32,000 nt of DNA from Haloferax volcanii DS2 (GTDB lineage Archaea > Halobacteriota > Halobacteria > Halobacteriales > Haloferacaceae): assembly GCF_000025685.1 (NCBI RefSeq), contig NC_013966.1, positions 150,001 through 182,000 on the forward strand, read 5' to 3'. The translations under genes were made by a program, and so were the position numbers. Shown one piece after another: positions 25,476 through 32,000 of this stretch. Below the pieces are notes generated by a model. That model was given only the letters and a program-made list of their open reading frames with translations. It did not search any database and was not told where the DNA came from. Positions within the stretch are counted from its first letter, which is position 1; every line of letters starts with the position of its first letter.

Positions 25476-26942
25476 ATGAGTTGGAAAGACACCGCAGCGC
25501 CAGTGCTGAGTCGGATGCCCGCCGTGGCCCGCCCGGAGAGTCACGTCCCGTTCCGCCGAAAGCTCGGCTGGACCGCCGGGATTCTCGTCCTGTACTTCTT
25601 CCTGACGAACGTCACGCTGTTCGGCGTCGGGACCGGGAGCCAGGACATCTTCGGACAGTTCCGCTCCATCCTCGGCGGGGGACAGGGAACCGTCCTCCAG
25701 TTGGGTATCGGTCCCATCGTCACCGCGAGCATCGTCCTCCAACTGCTGCAAGGCGGGGACTTGCTCGGCCTCGACACGGACGACCCGGGCGACCAAATCC
25801 TCTATCAGGGCCTCCAGAAACTGCTCGTCTTCGGGATGATCGCCCTCCAAGGCCTCCCCATCGTCTTCGCCGGGGGCTACCTCCCGGCCGACCCCGCGGT
25901 CGCGAGCGCTCTCGGCGTCGGCGCGGTCGGCGTGAAGTGGCTCATCTTCGCGCAGATATTCGCCGGCGGCGCGCTCGTGTTGTTCATGGACGAGGTCGTC
26001 AGCAAGTGGGGCGTCGGCTCCGGCGTCGGCCTGTTCATCATCGCCGGCGTCAGCCAGCGTCTCGTCGGCGGCCTCTTTGCCGACCCCGCCATCGGCGCGT
26101 CGACGACCGGCATCGTCTCCGAGTGGGCCCACGTCCTCGCCGGAACCGAGACGGTCCCGTCGCTCGCGACGGCGAGCGGGGTACAGGCGCTCCTGTTCGG
26201 CGTGGGGGGCGTCGTCCCGCTCGTCACGACGCTGCTCATCTTCGGTATCGTCGTCTACGCCGAGAGCGTCCGCGTCGAAATTCCGCTCTCGCACGCCCGC
26301 GTCAAGGGCGCTCGCGGTCGCTTCCCGGTGAAGCTCATCTACGCGAGCGTCCTGCCGATGATTTTCGTCCGCGCTCTGCAAGCGAACGTCCAGTTCGTCG
26401 GGCGCATCCTCAACAGCCAGTGGGCCGGCATGCCCGCGTGGCTCGGTCAGTACACGAGCGGGCAGGTCACCGGCGGCCTGTTCTACTACCTGAACCCGAT
26501 TCACGCGCCCAGCCAGTGGATGTGGTGGCTCGGGTCGGCGTCCCAGGAGCCGTGGCAGATTCTCGTCCGCGTCGCCATCGACCTGACGCTGATGCTCGTC
26601 GGCGGGGCTATCTTCTCCATCTTCTGGGTCGAGACCGCCGACATGGGCCCGGAGGCGACCGCGCGGCAGATTCAGAACTCCGGGATGCAGATTCCCGGCT
26701 TCCGCCGCAACCCGCAGGTGATAGAGCGGGTCATGGAGCGGTACATCCCGCAGGTGACGGTCGTCGGCGGCGTCCTCGTCGGCCTGCTCGCCGTCATGGC
26801 GAACATGCTCGGCACCATCGGCGGCGTCTCGGGGACCTCGCTCCTCCTCACGGTCTCCATCACGTACAAGCTGTACGAGGAAATCGCGGAGGAACAGCTC
26901 ATGGAGATGCACCCGATGATGCGGACGATGTTCGGCGGGTAG
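25476..26942 (+). CDS. secY: Preprotein translocase subunit SecY
   Basis: MSWKDTAAPVLSRMPAVARPESHVPFRRKLGWT...QLGIGPIVTASIVLQLL...FMDEVVSKWGVGSGVGLFI...EEQLMEMHPMMRTMFGG closely parallels haloarchaeal SecY along the full length. I chose the start at ATG 25476 by N-terminal conservation; the ORF-track GTG is at 25416. Confidence 0.95.
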   Translation: MSWKDTAAPVLSRMPAVARPESHVPFRRKLGWTAGILVLYFFLTNVTLFGVGTGSQDIFGQFRSILGGGQGTVLQLGIGPIVTASIVLQLLQGGDLLGLDTDDPGDQILYQGLQKLLVFGMIALQGLPIVFAGGYLPADPAVASALGVGAVGVKWLIFAQIFAGGALVLFMDEVVSKWGVGSGVGLFIIAGVSQRLVGGLFADPAIGASTTGIVSEWAHVLAGTETVPSLATASGVQALLFGVGGVVPLVTTLLIFGIVVYAESVRVEIPLSHARVKGARGRFPVKLIYASVLPMIFVRALQANVQFVGRILNSQWAGMPAWLGQYTSGQVTGGLFYYLNPIHAPSQWMWWLGSASQEPWQILVRVAIDLTLMLVGGAIFSIFWVETADMGPEATARQIQNSGMQIPGFRRNPQVIERVMERYIPQVTVVGGVLVGLLAVMANMLGTIGGVSGTSLLLTVSITYKLYEEIAEEQLMEMHPMMRTMFGG

Positions 26943-26995
26943 CGCGCCGGAACGCACCCGGTCGAAAAATACCCGCATTCTGCGGGTGAGAACCC

Positions 26996-27039
26996 GGCGA
27001 CGGCGGCTCGAACGCGGCCCGTCGCCCATCGGGCTTTTT
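26996..27039 (+). terminator. Candidate secY terminator: two hairpins followed by a T5 tract
   Basis: GGCGACGG (26996..27003) pairs with CCGTCGCC (27019..27026). GCCC-atc-GGGC (27024..27034) is followed directly by TTTTT (27035..27039). Oligo-T tracts are the known archaeal termination signal. Confidence 0.5.
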
Positions 27040-27065
27040 CTATCCGGCCTTCGAGGGTTCACCTG

Positions 27066-29501
27066 ATGGCCGACACGCAATCGACCGCGGGGAGCGGCGA
27101 CGCTCCCCCTGAGGAGTCGGTGGAAACGGAGCTCTCGCGCGACATGAGTCTCGCCGACATCACGTTCATCGGCGTCGGCGCGATGATTGGCGCGGGCGTC
27201 TTCGCGCTGACCGGATTCGCGGCGGGGCTGGCCGGCCCGGCGCTCACGGTGGCGTTCGTACTCAACGGGCTGGTGGCGATGTTCACCGCCGTCTCCTACG
27301 CCGAACTCGGGGCGGCGTTCCCCGAGGCCGGCGGCGGCTACCTCTGGGTGAAAGAGGCGCTGGCCGACCCCAACGGCTTCTACGCCGGGTGGATGAGCTG
27401 GTTCGCCCACGCCGTCGCGTGCGCGCTCTACGCCGTGACGTTCGGCGTCTTCCTCACCGAGTTCTTCGTGGTGTTCGCCGGCCTGCCGGACGGGTTCGTC
27501 CTGTTCGGACTCGTCGACCGCCTGCTCGTCGAGAAACTGCTCGCGGTCGTGATGGTGCTCGCGGTCGCCTACATCAACTACCGCGGGGCCGAGGAGACGG
27601 GGAAGGCGGGCGTCGTCGTCACGACCATCAAGATACTCATCCTCGGTGTCTTCGTGGCCTTCGGCATCCTCGCGACGGTGCGCGAGCCGAACTGGACGGC
27701 GACGTTCTTCGACAGTCCGTCGTTCGCGCCCAACGGCCTCGTCGGCGTCATCGGCGCGATGGGCTTCACGTACATCGCCTTCGAGGGCTACGAGATAATC
27801 GTCCAGTCGGGCGAGGAGGTCGTCGACCCCGGCACCAACGTCCCGAAGGCGGTGTTCTACTCGATGGCAATCGTGGTCCCCATCTACGTCCTCGTCGCCT
27901 TCGCGGCCATCGGCGGCATCGACGTGACCGCCGAACTCGCGGGGCGCGCGGGGCTCACGACCGCCGCGCCGACGTGGCAGGTCCTCGGGAACCTCGGTGA
28001 ACTCGGCATCATCGAGGCCGCCGGACAGTTCGTCCCGTACGGCGTCCCGCTCCTCCTGTTCGCCGGGCTCGCGGCGACGATGAGCGCGCTCAACGCGACC
28101 ATCTACTCCTCGTCGCGGGTGTCGTTCGCCATGGGCCGCGACCGCGTCCTTCCGGGCTTCTTCGGGCGCATCCACGACGACAAGCGGACGCCCCACTGGG
28201 CAATCGGTCTCTCGGCGGTCCTCATCGGGCTCATGGCCGTGTTGCTCCCCATCGAGAGCGTCGCGGCCGCCGCCGACATCATGTTCATCTTCCTGTTCAT
28301 CCAGGTGAACTGGACCGTCGTCAAGATGCGGGCGACCCACCCCGACCTCCCGCGGACGTACGAGATACCGTACATGCCGTGGCCCCCGCTCGTCGGCATC
28401 GTTCTCCAGTTCATCCTGACGCCGTTTTTGCTCCTCGAACTCGGGCTGACGCCGGGACTCGGCGCGGGCTCCGAGGGCTTCGTCGCGCTCGTGACCACGG
28501 CCGTCTGGATGGCGCTCGGACTCGTCGTGTACTACGGCTACTCCGAGGGCAAGGTGGCCGAAAAGCTCGAAGCAGAGACCCCGACCGTCGTGACCGAGCG
28601 CGCCCCCGAGCGGCGCGAGTCGCAGGTGCTCGTCCCGATTGCCAACCCGGAGAACGCGGCGCAGTTGATGCGGACCGCCATCGACGTGGCGCGCGACCGC
28701 GACGCCGAGATTCTCGTGATGAGCGCCGTCGAAGTGCCGTCGCAGACGCCGATTTCGGAGGGGCGGCGGTTCGTCGACGAGAAGCGCGAGACCATCGCCG
28801 CCGTGATGGAGCTGGCGACCGACGCCGGCGTACCCGTCGGCGGGACCGTCAGACTGGGCCACGACGCCGGAACGGCCATCCTCAACACAATCGAGGAACA
28901 CGACAGCGACGCGGTGTTGATGGGCTGGCGCGGCCGGGGTCGCCGCCGCGACTACATCCTCGGGAGCAACGTCGACGAGGTCGTGACCAAGGCCCCCTGC
29001 GACGTGCTCGTCGAGCGCATCGGCCCGACGGACGGCGAGGTGGATTCGATTCTCCTGTCGACCGCGGGTGGCCCGCACGCCGAACTCGCCGCCGAGGTGT
29101 GCCGCGCCATCGCGCGGACCAACGACGCCACGGTGCACGTCATGAACGTCGTCGCGGCCGACGCCGGCGAGCGCGACCGCGAGGACGCCCAGCGCCGGGT
29201 GAATTCGACGGCCGCGGCGCTCGGTGACGACGAGTTGGTGACGACCTCGGTCCGCGAGGGCGACGACGTGGCGGCGACCATCGTCGCCGCGACCGAGGCG
29301 TTCGACCTGACGGTCATCGGGGCGACCAGAGAGGGGCTGCTCCAACAGCTCGTCTTCGGCGCGATTCCGGAGACGGTCGGCCGCGACGCCGCGAGCACGG
29401 TCATCATGGCGAAGCGCGACCTCGGCATCATCTCGTGGGTGACGCGGTGGTTCAAGCGCCGCCGCGACGACTACCACGTCCCGAACAGTGGCGGCGAGTG
29501 A
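27066..29501 (+). CDS. APC-superfamily amino acid permease fused to two C-terminal USP domains
   Basis: 811 aa. The N-terminus reads ITFIGVGAMIGAGVFALTG...AELGAAFPEAGGGYLW. The C-terminal ~270 aa has two USP repeats (VLVPIANPENAAQLMRTA...VLMGWRG and ILLSTAGGPHAELAAEV...VIMAKRD). Confidence 0.9.
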   Translation: MADTQSTAGSGDAPPEESVETELSRDMSLADITFIGVGAMIGAGVFALTGFAAGLAGPALTVAFVLNGLVAMFTAVSYAELGAAFPEAGGGYLWVKEALADPNGFYAGWMSWFAHAVACALYAVTFGVFLTEFFVVFAGLPDGFVLFGLVDRLLVEKLLAVVMVLAVAYINYRGAEETGKAGVVVTTIKILILGVFVAFGILATVREPNWTATFFDSPSFAPNGLVGVIGAMGFTYIAFEGYEIIVQSGEEVVDPGTNVPKAVFYSMAIVVPIYVLVAFAAIGGIDVTAELAGRAGLTTAAPTWQVLGNLGELGIIEAAGQFVPYGVPLLLFAGLAATMSALNATIYSSSRVSFAMGRDRVLPGFFGRIHDDKRTPHWAIGLSAVLIGLMAVLLPIESVAAAADIMFIFLFIQVNWTVVKMRATHPDLPRTYEIPYMPWPPLVGIVLQFILTPFLLLELGLTPGLGAGSEGFVALVTTAVWMALGLVVYYGYSEGKVAEKLEAETPTVVTERAPERRESQVLVPIANPENAAQLMRTAIDVARDRDAEILVMSAVEVPSQTPISEGRRFVDEKRETIAAVMELATDAGVPVGGTVRLGHDAGTAILNTIEEHDSDAVLMGWRGRGRRRDYILGSNVDEVVTKAPCDVLVERIGPTDGEVDSILLSTAGGPHAELAAEVCRAIARTNDATVHVMNVVAADAGERDREDAQRRVNSTAAALGDDELVTTSVREGDDVAATIVAATEAFDLTVIGATREGLLQQLVFGAIPETVGRDAASTVIMAKRDLGIISWVTRWFKRRRDDYHVPNSGGE

Positions 29502-29513
29502 GCGGCCTCACTC
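29496..29513. terminator. Perfect 7-bp hairpin GAGTGAG-cggc-CTCACTC containing the stop codons of both convergent genes
   Basis: The TGA of the permease gene (29499..29501) and the TCA (TGA on the minus strand, 29508..29510) of the ABC permease gene lie in opposite arms of the stem. Confidence 0.35.
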
Positions 29514-30359
29514 ACGCCACGGAAGCAGTCGCGCCGAGAGCGCGAACAGCGCGACGGTGAAGCCACAGAGGACAGCGAGGTCGAAGACGGCGGTCAGGAG
29601 TTCGCCGCCGGCGACCGCGGCGCGAACGCCGCGCGCGAAGTAGGTGAGCGGGAGCGCGTCGATAACCGGGCGGAGCGCCGCTGGGAGTCTGGACGCGGGG
29701 ACGAACGTGTCCGCGAGGAGGACCATCGGGATGCCGACGGCGTTGCTGGCGGCGATGACGCCGTCTTCGGAGTCCGCGAGCGAGCCGACGAGGGAGCCGA
29801 GCCCGCAGAACAGGGCGATGCCGACGACGAGAAAGGCGACGACCAGCGCGTCGCCGCCGAGCGAGGGGGCCGCGCCGAGGTCGCCGACGGCGGCGAGGAC
29901 GCCGACGAGCAGGACGCTCGCGAGGCCGATGAGCGCGACGTTCACGGCCGCGTGCGCGGAGAGCCACTCCAGACGCGAAAGCGGCGTCGTCGCCAGCTTC
30001 TCGAAGCGGCGGGACGCCCGGTTTCGCGCGACGGTGCTTCCGACCCGCGACAGTGGCGTCAACACGACGACGACGCCGAGATACGCGGGCAGATAGTAGG
30101 TGTCCGAGCGGGAGAACAGACCGCCGGTCGCGCCGGTCTTGACGAGGACGCCGAAGATGAGGACGATGAAGACGGGAAAGAAGAACGTGAAGAAGACGGC
30201 CGTCCGCCGCCGGAGAAACGCGCGCGTCTCGGCGACGGCCTCCGCGCGGACCCGGCGGGTCGCCCCGGCGAGAGCGCGCGACCGACCGCCGTCGCCCGTC
30301 TGTTTCGTCTCGGCCGCCGGGGACGTCTCGTCCGTTCCGCCCGCCTCCGTCGCGCTCAT
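29508..30359 (-). CDS. ABC-2 type transporter permease
   Basis: 283 aa with six hydrophobic segments. It overlaps the upstream ATPase gene stop by 4 nt. Confidence 0.85.
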   Translation of the reverse strand: MSATEAGGTDETSPAAETKQTGDGGRSRALAGATRRVRAEAVAETRAFLRRRTAVFFTFFFPVFIVLIFGVLVKTGATGGLFSRSDTYYLPAYLGVVVVLTPLSRVGSTVARNRASRRFEKLATTPLSRLEWLSAHAAVNVALIGLASVLLVGVLAAVGDLGAAPSLGGDALVVAFLVVGIALFCGLGSLVGSLADSEDGVIAASNAVGIPMVLLADTFVPASRLPAALRPVIDALPLTYFARGVRAAVAGGELLTAVFDLAVLCGFTVALFALSARLLPWRE

Positions 30360-31339
30360 CGCGTCACCCCCGCGTCGCCAGCGACGCCCGCCGGACCGGC
30401 GCTCGCGATGCAGTCGTGGCCGCGCTCGCTGGCGAGGTTGAGATACACGTCCTCCAGCGTCGGGTGGACGAGACTCACTTCCTCGTAGGCGATATCGGCC
30501 GCGTCGAGATGGTCGAGCATCGCGGTCAGGTCATCGGGACCGGCGTCGAAAAAGCGGTACTCGTAGTCGCCGTACCGGCGGCCGTCGAGGGGCGTCGCGT
30601 CGAGGTCGAGCGCGCGCGGGCACTCGGTCCGGACCGCGAGTCGGGTCTCGCCGCCGAAGCGCTCGACGAGGTCCCGGGGCGGACCGACGCGGACGAGTTC
30701 GCCGTCGGTGAGAAGCCCGACGCGGTCGGCGAGGCGCTCGGCTTCGGCCATGTAGTGCGTCGTGAGCACGACGGCGGTCCCGTCGTCGGCCAGCGAGTCG
30801 ACGAGGTCCCACACGTCGCGGCGACCAGCGGGGTCGATACCGGTGGTCGGCTCGTCCAGAAACAGGAGTTCGGGGTCGTTGACGAGCGCCGCGCCGACGC
30901 AGACGCGGCGCTGTTGACCCCCCGAGAGGTCGGTGTAGGCCGTCGCCGCGTCCTCGTCGTCGAGGCCGACTCGGTCGAGCACCTCGTCGACCGGTCGCGG
31001 GTCGGGGTAGAGCCCGGCGTAGTAGGAGACGAGTTCGCGGCCCGTGAGTCGCCGGTGGGGTGAGAACTCCTGCGGGAGCACGCTCAGCCGCGAGCGGTCG
31101 ACCGCGGTCGGCGACTCGCCGAACACCCGAACCGAACCCTCGGTCGGGATTCGCGTCCCAGTCAGCAGGCCGAGGAGCGTCGATTTCCCGGCCCCGTTCG
31201 GGCCGATGAGACCGAACACCTCGCCCTCGTGAACGTCGAGCGACACGTCCCGAACCGCGACGGTGTCGCCGTACTGCTTCCTCACGGCTGTCGCCGTGAC
31301 CGCCGGGCGCGTCGACTCGGCGGCCGTGTGTCCAGACAT
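30356..31339 (-). CDS. ABC transporter ATP-binding protein (DrrA/ABC-2 exporter type)
   Basis: Walker A is GPNGAGKST, the signature is LSGGQQRR, and Walker B is LLFLDEPTTGID. I prefer ATG 31339 (MSGHTAAE) to the TTG at 31384. Confidence 0.9.
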   Translation of the reverse strand: MSGHTAAESTRPAVTATAVRKQYGDTVAVRDVSLDVHEGEVFGLIGPNGAGKSTLLGLLTGTRIPTEGSVRVFGESPTAVDRSRLSVLPQEFSPHRRLTGRELVSYYAGLYPDPRPVDEVLDRVGLDDEDAATAYTDLSGGQQRRVCVGAALVNDPELLFLDEPTTGIDPAGRRDVWDLVDSLADDGTAVVLTTHYMAEAERLADRVGLLTDGELVRVGPPRDLVERFGGETRLAVRTECPRALDLDATPLDGRRYGDYEYRFFDAGPDDLTAMLDHLDAADIAYEEVSLVHPTLEDVYLNLASERGHDCIASAGPAGVAGDAGVTR

Positions 31340-31447
31340 AGCTCGTGTTCGAGTCGATATTGACAACGGCTTAGTCCTTGTCAAATCGGCTGGGGACGTG
31401 TCGGTGACACAAGTATATCAACCGTCGGGGCGACCGTAGCGTATACA

Positions 31448-32000
31448 ATGCCGAATCGGCGACACCGGCGGACGGCCCCGACGCGCCGCGAGTTACTCTC
31501 GGTGACCGACGAGTTATCGCTCGCGCGGAAGGGAGAACGCATCCTCGAACGACGACGCGACAGTCTCGTTTTCGTCCTTCTCGACCTGTTAGACCGGTGG
31601 ACGGAACTGCGCCGCGAGACCGACGAGGCGTTCCGCGACGCGGCTGAGCTCCACGTCTGGGGCGCAGAGCGGGAGGGCGAAATCGCGCTTCGCGCGCTCT
31701 CGGAGGCGCGGAGCTCTCACACGGAGCTCATCGTCTCCGAGACGAAGCTCGTCGGGCTGACCGTCCCGTTCTTTCTGAGCACGTCGGCGCGGCGGTCGCT
31801 CGACGGGCGGGGGTACGGCGTCCTCGGCACGAGCGCGCTCGACGACGAGCTCGTCGGGTCCTACGAGTCGGTCGTGGAGGACGTCGTCAGGCTGGCGGAG
31901 ATGCGGGCGGTCCTCCTGCGGCTCCTCGCGGAGATTCGACGGCTCCGGCTCCGCGTCAACTACCTCACCCAGCGGCTCATCCCGGAGTTGGAGGTGGAAA
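31448..32000 (+). CDS. V/A-type ATPase subunit D homologue, divergent; 3' end outside the window (not in the ORF track)
   Basis: My own translation is MPNRRHRRTAPTRRELLSVTDELSLARKGERILERRRDSLVFVLLDLL...RRSLDGRGYGVLGTSALDDELVGSYESVVEDVVRLAEMRAVLLRLLAEIRRLRLRVNYLTQRLIPELEVE. This matches the subunit-D pattern PTRxxL...KRDxL...RGYGxxGTS...EIxxTxRRVNxLxxxxIPxL. GTATATC at 31413..31419 lies upstream. Confidence 0.8.
   Translation, partial: MPNRRHRRTAPTRRELLSVTDELSLARKGERILERRRDSLVFVLLDLLDRWTELRRETDEAFRDAAELHVWGAEREGEIALRALSEARSSHTELIVSETKLVGLTVPFFLSTSARRSLDGRGYGVLGTSALDDELVGSYESVVEDVVRLAEMRAVLLRLLAEIRRLRLRVNYLTQRLIPELEVE

Noticed and set aside
25476-26942. The idea that this secY is an accessory (SecY2-like) translocon forming a novel secretion system with the nearby DUF106 gene.
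   Set aside because: The protein is full length and closely tracks housekeeping haloarchaeal SecY, including the plug and C-terminal regions. No SecE, SecG, SecDF or glycosylation partners are adjacent. Only the loss of ribosomal-operon linkage is retained as an observation.
25320-29477. A 1385-aa stop-free ORF on the minus strand, spanning 4.1 kb.
   Set aside because: It lies exactly antisense to two well-supported genes, secY and the APC-USP permease. Its translation is R/D/E/G/H-rich low-complexity sequence with no recognisable motif. Long antisense ORFs are an expected artefact of GC-rich codon usage, where stop codons are rare in the complementary frame.

Overview
The window is high-G+C DNA encoding acidic proteins, with TATA-like boxes about 25-33 nt upstream of many start codons. 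This pattern is typical of a haloarchaeal (class Halobacteria) replicon. I cannot assign genus or species. The window opens inside an IS element (transposase C-terminus, 2..466). Its main contents are: (1) A roughly 9 kb minus-strand acetate-utilisation block: acs paralogue 8062..10014, a Bat/HTH_10 regulator with an integrase-like N-domain at 6152..7918, acs paralogue 3959..5953, and a tightly packed DUF4212 small subunit / SSS symporter / UspA unit at 1328..3903. (2) A class I/II aminotransferase, a 7TM-PAS-PAS histidine kinase, and a TetR + MATE pair. (3) An NSS (SNF-family) transporter, a small membrane protein and a Cys/Cys proline-racemase-family enzyme, arranged as overlapping genes. 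(4) A regulator-rich patch with an HTH_10 regulator and two small genes below the ORF-track cutoff or not resolved in it: a winged-helix-like protein and a 42-aa CPxCG zinc-finger protein. (5) A DUF106 (YidC/Oxa1/EMC3-like) protein, a ClC channel with a CBS pair, and a secY gene that is not attached to ribosomal-protein genes. (6) An APC permease fused to two USP domains, and an ABC-2 exporter. (7) A divergent V/A-type ATPase subunit D homologue at 31448..32000, cut by the right edge and absent from the ORF track because it has no stop codon in the window. I saw no rRNA, tRNA or CRISPR array. The very long opposite-strand ORFs (for example the 1385-aa ORF at 25320..29477) are GC-content artefacts. 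The best hunting leads are: the Bat-type regulator whose N-terminal third looks like a catalytically dead tyrosine recombinase; gene-conversion mosaicism between the two acs copies (109 nt identical); a helix-dense, possibly pseudoknotted 200-nt intergenic element at 24302..24500; the orphan divergent subunit-D gene opening a transcription unit; and the unlisted small wHTH/zinc-finger gene pair. All assignments come from reading the translated sequence and motifs by eye. No database search was run.
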